Positions 1 to 9,847 of a DNA stretch of 41,837 nucleotides are shown here, one piece after another (positions within the stretch are counted from its first letter, which is position 1; every line of letters begins with the position of its first letter). The position numbers and the translations under genes are program-made. The stretch is from contig CAXSGP010000009.1 in the NCBI GenBank assembly GCA_964236955.1, positions 23,672 to 65,508 of the forward strand. Direction: 5' to 3'. The notes under the pieces are model-generated. The model was not told the DNA's origin, searched no databases, and was given only the letters and a program-made list of their open reading frames with translations. The DNA is from an uncultured Oligoflexus sp. (lineage in GTDB: Bacteria > Bdellovibrionota_B > Oligoflexia > Oligoflexales > Oligoflexaceae).

Positions 1-1
1 C

Positions 2-163
2 ACCCATGTGGCTTCGCATGTCGCCAAGCTCTGTGACCGTGCGATCGTGATCCGTGAGGGACGATTCAACGAAATGGGAGCTTGGAATGAAGCGAGTTTC
101 ATGGAAAGGTTGAATCTGATGGAAGTTCAATTCTTCTCAAAATCACAAAGGAACTCTCCGTGA
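2..163 (+). CDS. 3' end of an ABC transporter ATP-binding protein (partial, runs off window start)
   Basis: Manual translation of frame 2 gives THVASHVAKLCDRAIVIREGRF...NSP*, the typical H-loop and C-terminal 'CDR..v..G' segment of ABC ATPases. The stop overlaps the next start (GTGA at 160-163). Confidence 0.75.
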   Translation, partial: THVASHVAKLCDRAIVIREGRFNEMGAWNEASFMERLNLMEVQFFSKSQRNSP

Positions 164-1917
164 GCCAAACGGGAATGCGCCGCTTTGCTAAGTTATTTGT
201 CTTCGAACTTTGGCCTTGGTACCTCGGCGGCGCGATTTGCCTGGCGGTGTCCAATCTCATTTCTCTTAAGATTCCCCAACTGGCCAAGGCTCTCGTCAAC
301 CATCTTCATGATGGGGTAAAAGCGGCCGACCTTGATGCCGCGCGCCTGCCCATCCTCGCGCTCACCATCATCGGTCTCGGCATCGCTCAAATATTTGTGC
401 GCAGCAGTTCGCGCATCCTTATTTTCTGGCCTGGACGAAAACTTGAAGCCAGCTCCAAGTCCTATATTTTCCAGCGCGTCATGCGCCTTCCTCAGACTTT
501 TTTTGACCGCTTTGGCATGGGAGATCTGATCTCCCGTTTTTCGAATGATCTCGGCCAACTCCGGATCTTTTTTGCTTTTGGTGTGCTGCAGATTCTTAAC
601 CTCATCTTTATCTCGGCCTTTACTCTTTATCAGATGCTGCAGGTTCACGTATGGCTGACATTGAGTTCGCTTTTTCCCATTATCCTGATGCTGATCATCA
701 CACGCATCATAATGCCGAAAATGCAGGCCTTCACCCGCAAGAATCAGGAGGCCGTTGGTCTTCTCACCAACCGCGTGACAGAAGCCTTCACCAATATTCA
801 CGTGATTCAGGCCAACGCCTCGGAACGAAGCTTTCAAAAGCTGATCGCCGAAGAAAATGAGAAAGTCTACTCGACCGATATGAAGGTCCTTCTCCTCAGG
901 ACCTTGTTTTTTCCCTTGATGACAGCCCTGACGGGATTATCACAGCTGATCGTTTTGTTCTATGGCGGCCATCTGGTGACCGATGGGCTAATTTCGGTCG
1001 GTGATATTTTAGCCTTTAATATCTATCTTTCCTACCTCGCCTTCCCACTCACTTCGATAGGCATCATCATGAGCGTCTATCAACGATCCAAGACCGCCCT
1101 GGAACGCATCGAGCCGTTTTTTAGCGAAGCCCTTGAAGCCAAACAGGGAAAGCTTGGACTGCCGCCTTTTGAAACCACTCCCCTCGTGATGATCAGGGGG
1201 CTGCACTTTCAGTATCCGGGAGCGGCCCATGTCGTCTTCAAAAAATTGGATTTGGACATAGTCAAAGGCGAGATGGTTGGTGTCTGCGGTGCTATCGGGA
1301 GTGGTAAGAGCACCCTATTTCATATCCTGACACGACTCTATAATCCCCCGGCGCAATCCTTATTTTTTGAAGGCCAGGACGTGCTGGCGATGGAGCCACA
1401 GGAGCTGCGTGAAGTCATCACCTACGCACTGCAAAAGGTCCATCTCTTCTCGGCGTCGATCCGGGACAACCTGGCTTTCGGACTTAAGACGCGACCGAGC
1501 GATGCCCAGATGGTTGCCGCCGCCCGGTCTGCCCAGATCCTGAGGGAGATCGAAAGTTTTCCAGAAGCCTGGGATACTCAGATCGGTGAAAAAGGCCTCC
1601 GGCTCTCCGGCGGTCAGAAACAAAGGGTGGCATTGGCCCGTATTTTTTTGAGGCGGCCCAAGCTGCTGCTGCTCGACGATGTGCTGTCGGCCGTCGATAA
1701 CCTGACGGAAGCACGGCTGATCCAGGAGTTTCGCAAGCTTAATTGCACAATGATCATAAACTCCCATCGGAGTTCGGTCCTTCATCTTTGCGATCGAGTG
1801 CTCTACCTGAAAGAGGGCCTGGTTTTTGATCAGGGGCCATTCCAAGAACTCATGCTTCGTCATCCCGAACTCCAGGAGGAAATACATGAGCAAGCCGCGC
1901 CCGAAACGACTGTTTGA
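160..1917 (+). CDS. ABC exporter, fused TMD-NBD subunit A (MdlA-like, type IV exporter)
   Basis: N-terminal hydrophobic TMD, Walker A GAIGSGKS, signature LSGGQ, degenerate Walker B LLLLDD (no catalytic Glu), H-loop NSH. Confidence 0.92.
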   Translation: MSQTGMRRFAKLFVFELWPWYLGGAICLAVSNLISLKIPQLAKALVNHLHDGVKAADLDAARLPILALTIIGLGIAQIFVRSSSRILIFWPGRKLEASSKSYIFQRVMRLPQTFFDRFGMGDLISRFSNDLGQLRIFFAFGVLQILNLIFISAFTLYQMLQVHVWLTLSSLFPIILMLIITRIIMPKMQAFTRKNQEAVGLLTNRVTEAFTNIHVIQANASERSFQKLIAEENEKVYSTDMKVLLLRTLFFPLMTALTGLSQLIVLFYGGHLVTDGLISVGDILAFNIYLSYLAFPLTSIGIIMSVYQRSKTALERIEPFFSEALEAKQGKLGLPPFETTPLVMIRGLHFQYPGAAHVVFKKLDLDIVKGEMVGVCGAIGSGKSTLFHILTRLYNPPAQSLFFEGQDVLAMEPQELREVITYALQKVHLFSASIRDNLAFGLKTRPSDAQMVAAARSAQILREIESFPEAWDTQIGEKGLRLSGGQKQRVALARIFLRRPKLLLLDDVLSAVDNLTEARLIQEFRKLNCTMIINSHRSSVLHLCDRVLYLKEGLVFDQGPFQELMLRHPELQEEIHEQAAPETTV

Positions 1918-3646
1918 CGACCTCAAGGATCTGAGGCGGCTCTGGCCTTTTCTAAAGAGTCATAAAAAAGCCCTCGTTTGCTCCTGCACCCTGATCCCTT
2001 TGATCTCGGTCCTCCAGATGGCGGTGCCCTTTATTCTCAAGCGCACCGTCGATCAGGGTGTACTCAAAGGTGATTTCAATGTGCTCGCCTATGGGGCGCT
2101 CGCCTATCTTCTTGTTGTTATATTGGAATACTTTGTGCGGGCGGCCCAGTCGGTCCTCACCTCGCGCGCCGTGTTTCAAATGATACGGGACATGCGCATG
2201 GCACTGATCCATCACATCATGCGGCTATCGGCACGCTATCACGACAAAAATCTCAGTGGAGCCTTGGTAACAAGGGCCACCAGCGACTTTGACAATCTGA
2301 GCGAATCCCTCAATCAGGGCGTGCTCAGTTCGGTGGTCGACCTGGCTGTTCTAAGCGGAGCGGTGGTTGGTCTGTTTCTACTCGATTGGCGACTGGCCGT
2401 CATCACGCTCGGCGTCCTGCCTTTCGTCCTCCTCACCATCAATCTTTTTTCCAAGGCCCTGAAGCAATCGATGCTGCTGGCCCGGGTAAAAATCGCCGCT
2501 CTCAACGCCTATACCCAGGAATGTTTATACGGCGTCAATACCGTGAAAGTCTTGTCAGGGCAAGGCGACAGCCAGTTAAAATACAACGGACTCACCCTTG
2601 AATACCGCGATGCTCAGATGAAATCGGTTGTTGCCGATGCCGTGCTCTTTTCCCTCCTCGATGGAATCTCGTCCATTACTATAGGGTTGGTTCTGTGGTT
2701 TACCGTCCGGCCCTCCGAAGCGATTCTAAGTGCCGGTATCATGATCGCTTTTGTCCAATACGTGCAAAACTTATTTGATCCCCTGAAACAGCTAGCCAAC
2801 AAAATCGCTATGCTGCAGGGTGCATTCACTGCGATCGACAGGGTTTTCTCTATTTTTGATACTCACGAATTTCTCAGCGGTGACCAGGCAGCCGAAGTCC
2901 TCTTAGGAAAGGTCGAGTTTATAGATGTGAGTTTTAGCTATAATCCACCCGCGCCTACTCTTGAGCATCTGAGCTTTTCCATTCCTGCCGGCGAATCCCT
3001 GGCTTTGGTCGGAACCACCGGGTCTGGAAAATCGACCATAGTCAAACTGCTCAGCAAACTCTACGCCGGTTACAGCGGTGATATTCGTATCGACGATCAA
3101 TCCCTCGCGGCAGTGGATGGAATCGGCCTCCGGCGGAAAATAGCTATAGTTCCGCAGGATATCGTCATTTTTAAAGGCAGCGTTTCCTTCAACATCAGTC
3201 TGGGCGATCCCGAGATCACTCAGGCCATGATAGAGCAGGCGGCTCGCTTTGTGGAAGCGGATCGCTTTATTCAAAAACTTCCGGGACTCTATGACTATCA
3301 ACTGCGCGAAGGCGGCGATGATATCTCTGTCGGTCAAAGACAACTGCTGGCCTTTGCCCGGGCGATCGTCAGAAACCCTAAAATCATTATTCTCGACGAA
3401 GCCACATCCAGTGTCGATCCCGCCTCGGACAGTATTATTCAAAAAGCGATAGAGAAATTATTTAGCGGCCGGACTCTCATCGTCATCGCCCATAGGCTTT
3501 CGACGATCAGACGCTGCGATAGGATAGCCGTGCTTGAAAAGGGACGCATCCTGGAAATGGGTAATCATGAGACTTTAATTGCGAAGGAAGGCATCTATTA
3601 TTCCCTGCATGAAAAGCTCTTACAGGATGATCTTGAGCTAGGCTGA
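1886..3646 (+). CDS. ABC exporter, fused TMD-NBD subunit B (MdlB-like)
   Basis: ATG at 1886 follows AGGAGG (ORF track starts at 1826). Walker A GTTGSGKS, degenerate signature ISVGQ, canonical Walker B IIILDE, IAHRLST. Overlaps subunit A, consistent with a heterodimer having one consensus and one degenerate site. Confidence 0.92.
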   Translation: MSKPRPKRLFDDLKDLRRLWPFLKSHKKALVCSCTLIPLISVLQMAVPFILKRTVDQGVLKGDFNVLAYGALAYLLVVILEYFVRAAQSVLTSRAVFQMIRDMRMALIHHIMRLSARYHDKNLSGALVTRATSDFDNLSESLNQGVLSSVVDLAVLSGAVVGLFLLDWRLAVITLGVLPFVLLTINLFSKALKQSMLLARVKIAALNAYTQECLYGVNTVKVLSGQGDSQLKYNGLTLEYRDAQMKSVVADAVLFSLLDGISSITIGLVLWFTVRPSEAILSAGIMIAFVQYVQNLFDPLKQLANKIAMLQGAFTAIDRVFSIFDTHEFLSGDQAAEVLLGKVEFIDVSFSYNPPAPTLEHLSFSIPAGESLALVGTTGSGKSTIVKLLSKLYAGYSGDIRIDDQSLAAVDGIGLRRKIAIVPQDIVIFKGSVSFNISLGDPEITQAMIEQAARFVEADRFIQKLPGLYDYQLREGGDDISVGQRQLLAFARAIVRNPKIIILDEATSSVDPASDSIIQKAIEKLFSGRTLIVIAHRLSTIRRCDRIAVLEKGRILEMGNHETLIAKEGIYYSLHEKLLQDDLELG

Positions 3647-3831
3647 ACTTTATTCGGGCTTTCCAAAAAAGAGGCTAAGGACCCATGATTGAATGCGACC
3701 CCATGACCGAAACGAGACCGGGTGCCGGTGAGGCCTGCCCTCCCTTTCAAAAAGCCATGATCCAACCGGCCCCGGGCATTAGAATTCCGCTTTCCAGTTT
3801 TTCCGGATTTGAATCGGGAGGCATTCTGCAG

Positions 3832-4857
3832 ATGTCACTCGATCCCAACTATCTCAATATCTGGATGGAAAGCACGCAGCGGGAATCGGGTTACAACGTC
3901 CGGAAGCCTTTGATTTCAGTTGTGGTGCCGATCTATTTGGAAGAGACTTTGATCGATGAGCTGGTGAATCGCCTTACCAAGGCCCTGCTTAGCATGATCA
4001 CCCGCTATGATTATGAGCTGGTCTTCGTCAATGACGGCAGTAGCGACGGCAGTCTCGATGCCCTGCTCACCTTTCACAAGGCCGATCCTGAACATATTAA
4101 AATCATCAATCTTTCCAGGAACTTTGGCCATCAACTGGCGATCACGGCAGGCATGGCCCATGCGCTTGGAAATGCCGTGGTTGTGATGGACGGTGACCTG
4201 CAGGACCCTCCGGAAGTGATTCCACGTCTGATAGAAGAGTGGGAAAAAGGCACCCAGATTGTCTATGGAATACGGGCCCGACGCGAGGGCGAAACTTTTT
4301 TCAAGCTGATGACGGCAAAGCTTTATTACCGCCTGATTTCTGCCATATCAGAAATTGAACTTCCCATCGATGCCGGTGATTTCCGCCTGATGGATAGGAA
4401 AGCGGTCACCGAACTCAACCGCTTGCCGGAGAAGAGCCGCTACCTTAGAGGCCTGGTGAATTGGATAGGCTTTAGCCATAAAGGAATCGTCTACGAAAGG
4501 GACAAGCGGTTTTCTGGAGAGACCAAGTATAGCCTTCGGAAAATGCTGAGCTTCGCACTCGATGGCATCGTGGGATTTTCTGAAAAACCCCTTCATATCG
4601 CCGGCTATATCTCAGTCATCTGTGTCGGACTGGCTTTTTTAGGATGCGTCATGATTTTTACTTCGTACTTTTGGGGAGCTGAGACCTTTGTGAGAGGCTG
4701 GGCTTCGACGATAGTCATCGTCATTGCCATAGGCGCTGTGCAGATGTTTTCGCTGGCGATTATAGGCCAATATGTAGGAAGAGTCTGTCGTGAAGCACGA
4801 AATAGACCGCTTTACATCGTTAAGGATCTATACGGGGTCAGTGAGATCCGCTCATAA
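3832..4857 (+). CDS. GT2 polyprenyl-phosphate glycosyltransferase (GtrB/ArnC/YkoT-like)
   Basis: ISVVVPIY, FVNDGSSD, LSRNFGHQ, MDGDLQDPP, GDFRLMDR, two C-terminal TM helices, RPLYIV. Start at ATG 3832 after GGGAGG is preferred over ORF start 3685. Confidence 0.9.
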   Translation: MSLDPNYLNIWMESTQRESGYNVRKPLISVVVPIYLEETLIDELVNRLTKALLSMITRYDYELVFVNDGSSDGSLDALLTFHKADPEHIKIINLSRNFGHQLAITAGMAHALGNAVVVMDGDLQDPPEVIPRLIEEWEKGTQIVYGIRARREGETFFKLMTAKLYYRLISAISEIELPIDAGDFRLMDRKAVTELNRLPEKSRYLRGLVNWIGFSHKGIVYERDKRFSGETKYSLRKMLSFALDGIVGFSEKPLHIAGYISVICVGLAFLGCVMIFTSYFWGAETFVRGWASTIVIVIAIGAVQMFSLAIIGQYVGRVCREARNRPLYIVKDLYGVSEIRS

Positions 4858-5021
4858 AAATCGATGCCAGCCTTGGTCGACAAAGTATCAGGTCATTCGA
4901 ATCGGTTTTTGCAGGCTATACAAGATAAATTCTATGTTAATCTTGAAGGTGGCACATGCTTTTCCAGGCCTTGGGCCTCATGACTACCAGGCAGATTTAT
5001 GCAGCAGTCCTTACTATTTTG

Positions 5022-6977
5022 CTAATGATAGAGCCCGTTCCGACATTGAACGATCGCTGATGTTAACTGATGCCAGTTGATTGGTTTGGAAACGAAGCCA
5101 TCGAAGCCAGCGGATTCCGCCCGCCGCCGATCCTCCTTTAGAGCATGGGCGGTAAGGGCAATAATAGGGGTCACGCAACCCTGGCTACGCAATTGAGTGG
5201 TCGCCTCGTAACCATCCATCAAAGGGAGTTGTATATCCATCAGAACCACGTCGTATTCTTCTTTTAAGATGCAGGAATAAGCTTCCACACCATCCTCGGC
5301 ACACTCAACTTCGGCCCCGGCACTTTCCAAAATCATTTTGATCAATACCTGGTTATCCAGAGCGTCTTCGACCACCAAAATTTTAATGCCTTCAAGGGAA
5401 GGAATATCTGCGACTTCAAGGTTGGCCGTTGCCTCTTTCGGGTTCTCGATCTTATCGAAGCCCAACTCAAGCAAGCTCGAAATATTCCTATTGCCCCTAA
5501 GCGTTGCTGCCTCTTCCGTTCCAGCCTCTAGCCGCGCTTCAAGCTCTTCCCCTAGGACAGCTTCTTCGGCTCCGTACGATAAAGTCCTAGGCTGATGTTG
5601 CTCGGGTTGCGCGAGCTGGTCGAGTTGCGATTGTTGGTTGCCCTTAGGATCAATTGTGATTCGAAAGGTGGAACCCACGTTCACTTCGCTCGTTAAGACT
5701 TCAACATCACCGCCAAGTGCTTCAGCAAATCGCCTTGACAGACAGAGACCGAGGCCCGTTCCTCCAAATCGTCTGGCTGTTGTAATATCGGCTTGCGTAA
5801 AGGCCTTAAAGAGATGGTGGATATGGTCGGACGCGATTCCACAGCCTGTATCGATCACATCGATGCCGATCAAAGTCTTTGCCAAGTCGGGATCTTTGTT
5901 CCCATTAATGAGAGACAGAGCAACCTCAATCTTGCCCTCATTCGTGAATTTTAAAGCGTTGTTTAAGACATTCAGGATGATCTGCCGAAAGCGAATGGGG
6001 TCGGTAAGAATGATCTCCGGGACTAGAGGATCGATCGTTAGGAAAAGGTTTATGCCCTTCGTTTCGGCCGTATTGATAAACTGGCCCATAATCGTCTGCA
6101 ATTCCTGCGCGAGATTAAAGGGAAGGATCTCCATCGTCAATTTCCCCGACTCTATTTTGGCAAGATCCAGGAGATCATCGATGAGATTGAGGAGGTGCAG
6201 GCTGTTGCGATGAATGGCTTTCAGACTTTGCTTCTTATCGTCCTCAAACGGCGCTTTGAGAAGGAGATCGGTAAAGCCGATTATGACGGACAGCGGCGTC
6301 CGCATTTCGTGACTCATGTTCGCCAAAAATAGACTCTTGGCGATACTTGAAGCTTCCACATGATTATAGGCTTCCTGCAATTCGGAGATAGTTTTTTCGC
6401 CACCCTTAAGATTACGTATACTGCAGTGAATGACTAATGACCCGTCGTTTGCATGGCGTCGCATGGTGCTTAGCAGCTGACATTCAATAATTTTACCAGC
6501 ACTCGTGCGAAGGCGAAGATTGGCGGTCGAACGGGCCACTCCGGCCAGAAGTTCTTCGCAATGCTGTTGATAATGAGGCAAATCCTCTTCAAAAATGGAG
6601 TCGGCAAATAACCTATTCAGGAGACTCCGGCGGGTTGCTTCCAGCTCACAGCAGGCCATGAGATTGACCTCCCGAATCCGTCCCTCTGCGCTCAATTTTA
6701 TCAGGCCCATCGGGGCATATTCATAGAGATCGGCGTAGCGCTTCAGCTCCTCACGAAGCTTAGTCTCTTTCTCGCGCATTTCATCAAGCTGGTTTTCAAT
6801 ATCAATTTGTCGGGTCTTTAATTCGTGAAATAATGTATTTTCATGCCAAATCGTAGCAGGCTGGGGACGGGCCTGAGTCCGATTTGAAATTCTATCCTGT
6901 TCTCTATCATTCACGAGATCTCTCCAACTCAATTGATTTGACACAGAGTTAACGCGGATGGAATTAGCAAGAGTCAT
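5022..6977 (-). CDS. Cytoplasmic hybrid sensor histidine kinase (PAS-HisKA-HATPase-REC)
   Basis: PAS-like region after YADLYEYAP, H-box FLANMSHEMRTPL, N-box NVLNNALKFT, G1 DTGCGI, G2 GGTGLGL, receiver LVVED / DVVLMDIQLP / SKP. No TM segment. Confidence 0.93.
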   Translation of the reverse strand: MTLANSIRVNSVSNQLSWRDLVNDREQDRISNRTQARPQPATIWHENTLFHELKTRQIDIENQLDEMREKETKLREELKRYADLYEYAPMGLIKLSAEGRIREVNLMACCELEATRRSLLNRLFADSIFEEDLPHYQQHCEELLAGVARSTANLRLRTSAGKIIECQLLSTMRRHANDGSLVIHCSIRNLKGGEKTISELQEAYNHVEASSIAKSLFLANMSHEMRTPLSVIIGFTDLLLKAPFEDDKKQSLKAIHRNSLHLLNLIDDLLDLAKIESGKLTMEILPFNLAQELQTIMGQFINTAETKGINLFLTIDPLVPEIILTDPIRFRQIILNVLNNALKFTNEGKIEVALSLINGNKDPDLAKTLIGIDVIDTGCGIASDHIHHLFKAFTQADITTARRFGGTGLGLCLSRRFAEALGGDVEVLTSEVNVGSTFRITIDPKGNQQSQLDQLAQPEQHQPRTLSYGAEEAVLGEELEARLEAGTEEAATLRGNRNISSLLELGFDKIENPKEATANLEVADIPSLEGIKILVVEDALDNQVLIKMILESAGAEVECAEDGVEAYSCILKEEYDVVLMDIQLPLMDGYEATTQLRSQGCVTPIIALTAHALKEDRRRAESAGFDGFVSKPINWHQLTSAIVQCRNGLYH

Positions 6978-7364
6978 TTTCGATGCTTAGATTTAGGGAC
7001 GGTCCTCAAAATAATATTTAGATGTGCGAATGAATAATGATTCGTCATGGCTAGTTACTTAAACTTGAATGCGATTGGAGTCAAATTTATAGAACTCAAA
7101 TTCTTTTATTCATCGTGATTATGATTTAAAGTTCACGATAGCAAATCTTCCGTACTGATCACAAAGCCTTGAAAGGGAAGGCCTCTCCCTAAAATCATGC
7201 AGACTTAAGGGTTTTCTAAAGCTTAAATTCGATCAGGATCGCTGGATTCATGAGCAGTCATTGATTCTTACCGGCTTACACTTGCATAAAAATTGCAAAT
7301 GGAAAGCGCCTGACAAGTTGCTTAACCCATGCATATAAATACTGAGAGGAGGCGAAGCGATAGC

Positions 7365-8033
7365 ATGCATAAATTTTTAGAGGCGATTCCCAAGGAATGG
7401 ACAGCTCTGTCGCAAGATTTTTTCGCCCGTCCTGCCACCGAAGTGGCTCCTGACCTACTGAATTGTATACTGCTCAAAAAAACTGAATCCGGATGGATGG
7501 GTGGACTTATATGCGAAACAGAAGCCTATACCGAGGATGATGCAGCCAGTCACACTTTTCGGGGAAAAACGATTCATAATGCGTCCATGTATGAAGAGCC
7601 ATCCACTCTCTATGTCTATCGTTCCTATGGAATTCACTACTGCCTCAATTTCAGCACAGGTCGTGTAGGCCGAGGCGAAGGGGTTTTAATTCGCGCCCTA
7701 TTTGCCATGTTTGGTACGCTTGGGATGGTGGCTGGGGCATCAAAAGATCCGCTCAAAATATGCAGTGGTCCGGGTCGACTTTGTGCGGCCTTACAGATCG
7801 ATAAAGATTTTAATGGCCATTTGCTTGAGCAGAGCCTGCTCTCGGTGTGGAAACCCGAATTCACAGGTGACTTTGAAAGGGTGCTTGGCCCACGGGTCGG
7901 TATCAGTAAAGGTCTGGATCTTAATTGGCGCTTCGGGATCAAGGCTCATCCCAGTTTATCCAAGCCTTTTCGTGCTATCGCTCCATCGACCCGCAATACA
8001 AAGAAAATAATAGCGAAATTCCCTATTTCTTAA
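7365..8033 (+). CDS. DNA-3-methyladenine glycosylase (MPG/AAG family)
   Basis: Motifs ETEAY, YVYRSYGIHYCLN, VLIRAL, GPGRLCAAL, RVGIS. ATG 7365 follows GAGGAGG; ORF track start is 7329. Confidence 0.9.
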   Translation: MHKFLEAIPKEWTALSQDFFARPATEVAPDLLNCILLKKTESGWMGGLICETEAYTEDDAASHTFRGKTIHNASMYEEPSTLYVYRSYGIHYCLNFSTGRVGRGEGVLIRALFAMFGTLGMVAGASKDPLKICSGPGRLCAALQIDKDFNGHLLEQSLLSVWKPEFTGDFERVLGPRVGISKGLDLNWRFGIKAHPSLSKPFRAIAPSTRNTKKIIAKFPIS

Positions 8034-8070
8034 AAAAAGGCCTGCACCTTTTGAAAAGGGTGCAGGCTTT
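8032..8070. terminator. Probable bidirectional intrinsic terminator between convergent genes
   Basis: Stem GCCTGCACC (8040-8048) / GGTGCAGGC (8059-8067), flanked by A7 on the left and TTT on the right. Confidence 0.8.
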
Positions 8071-8095
8071 AATCGGTAGACACTAAAGCTAAGAA

Positions 8096-9847
8096 TCAAT
8101 GATTCCGACTGATCGGGCAGTCGGTATATTCTATCTTTTTCCCGGCGACAGTCATGGACTTAATATCAGTAACAGATTGTGAACATGCATGGATAGGCTT
8201 TAAAATACCCGTGAAGTCAAAACTTGATAAGATTGAGTCTTTTGGTTCCGAACCCTCTTTAAAGGCAAAGAGAAAATCAGGAATTATAAGTTTGGTATCC
8301 TGAGCATTCAAACCTCCCCATTCCCCTCCAATAAGGTGGTGGTCCGCATCGAACTCAAGAGTATAGGTATACTTGATGCTTGCAATACGGTTTTTATCAA
8401 AGTCGGGGGCATAGTCGAGCAAAGGTCGGGATGGCTCGGACGACCAAAGGACCTCGGCGGTTACCTCGGTCAAATATACAGTTCCGGCAGCCCGATAGCG
8501 AAACAAGACATCGTCAACGTCTGCAGCTACTAGCAAAGGGCCAACCTGGAAACGGGCACCGTAGACCGGCTGATTCCAGACTTGACCTGTGCGGGTCCGG
8601 TCCATAACAAAGCCCAGATTCTTTTTACCGAGATATTCAGTGAGTATCGTATGAAAGCTCGCCGGGTTAACATCCCAGCATCCAAAAAACTTGACAGAAT
8701 TTACAGCGAGTAGACCTTCAGTAGAGCCGGTCTCGACAAAAGTCTTCATCTTTTGAGTGTCGCTGCTCTGGAAATACGTGAGCGAACTGCCGTTGGCCTT
8801 TTCAACTAAATAAGTAGGATTGGCATCTTTTTCAAACACGATCTCATAGATTCGTCGCCCTTTGACTGCCGCGCCCGGTAGAAACTCATCCATCATCGTG
8901 AAGGTTTTAGTCAGCCCCTGCGCATCGACAAATGAACCGGTGGCACCACGGGCATCGCCATTCATAGGAATCTCACCGGATGGATCCGCAGTGTTTTCAT
9001 TGCAGCGGCGACCCAGAAAATACTGAGCATCGTCAGGGGAATGGTCGGCCCATGCTTTGGTCAAAAGACCACGGATATCGCCCTCGCCAAAGAGGATTTC
9101 CTTATCATCGATCCTAACGAGCACCGAATGCTTGGGAGCCTCATGCATGAGAGCTGCAGGCGCCCATCCATGGCAATAGCCCATCCAACTCCAATCATCA
9201 CCGCTATCTTTTTCATCCATGTACTGATAGCTGGGGTTTTTATTGTAGGTCAACCAACGATCCCAGCCCTCGGCAGCCATTGGCGACCAGCTTTTCAAAG
9301 TCCTCGCCTGAGAAAAAGCGCTCTGTAGATTTTTGATCACGCTGCGTTTCGCTGCCACGTCACCGGCATCGACAATTTTCGCTTCGACTGCTTCGAGCCC
9401 CTCAATTTCTTTCTTCAAGCCCTCTTCGTTAAAGGTTTTGCCCCAGCGAAGGCGATACAATATATCGTATTTTTCAGCGGGCGAAAGCAGGGGGTTGATG
9501 GCTTTATCGTGAACCGCATCCAACTGGTCCTGCCAAAAACTTGAAAATCCCAGGACGCTTGGCAAGGCAGCGATCTCCCCCCAGCGTCTCGCCATGCCAG
9601 CTTCAGTCAAAGGCCAGTAGGTGTCGGACCAGGGTAATTTTTTGGTAAAAACTTGTTTGGTGGCGGCGATATCTTCATAACTCGGCATACTCGTCAGAGC
9701 AAAATGGGCAATCCCATTTTTAGAATCCGGAGATTCCTTGAGTTGGCTCGATGGACCCTGCTTACTATTGCAGCCGCTCAGCAGAGCGAGCCCCGCCATG
9801 GAAACCAGCACGATAGGGGTTCTTGCTAGCATATTCCTGCTCCTCAT
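8096..9847 (-). CDS. Lipoprotein of the transglutaminase-elicitor (Phytophthora GP42-like) family
   Basis: Lipobox LSGC. Ordered family motifs PWSDTYWP, SPAEKYD, WMGYCHGWAPAA, GDIRGLL, DVNPASFH, QVWNQPV, YTYTLEFD..LIGGEW, PDFL. Confidence 0.8.
   Translation of the reverse strand: MRSRNMLARTPIVLVSMAGLALLSGCNSKQGPSSQLKESPDSKNGIAHFALTSMPSYEDIAATKQVFTKKLPWSDTYWPLTEAGMARRWGEIAALPSVLGFSSFWQDQLDAVHDKAINPLLSPAEKYDILYRLRWGKTFNEEGLKKEIEGLEAVEAKIVDAGDVAAKRSVIKNLQSAFSQARTLKSWSPMAAEGWDRWLTYNKNPSYQYMDEKDSGDDWSWMGYCHGWAPAALMHEAPKHSVLVRIDDKEILFGEGDIRGLLTKAWADHSPDDAQYFLGRRCNENTADPSGEIPMNGDARGATGSFVDAQGLTKTFTMMDEFLPGAAVKGRRIYEIVFEKDANPTYLVEKANGSSLTYFQSSDTQKMKTFVETGSTEGLLAVNSVKFFGCWDVNPASFHTILTEYLGKKNLGFVMDRTRTGQVWNQPVYGARFQVGPLLVAADVDDVLFRYRAAGTVYLTEVTAEVLWSSEPSRPLLDYAPDFDKNRIASIKYTYTLEFDADHHLIGGEWGGLNAQDTKLIIPDFLFAFKEGSEPKDSILSSFDFTGILKPIHACSQSVTDIKSMTVAGKKIEYTDCPISRNH

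Noticed and set aside
4948..4966. TGGCACATGCTTTTCC, a sigma54-like sequence
   Set aside because: It lacks the -12 GC and points into the 3' end of a convergent gene.
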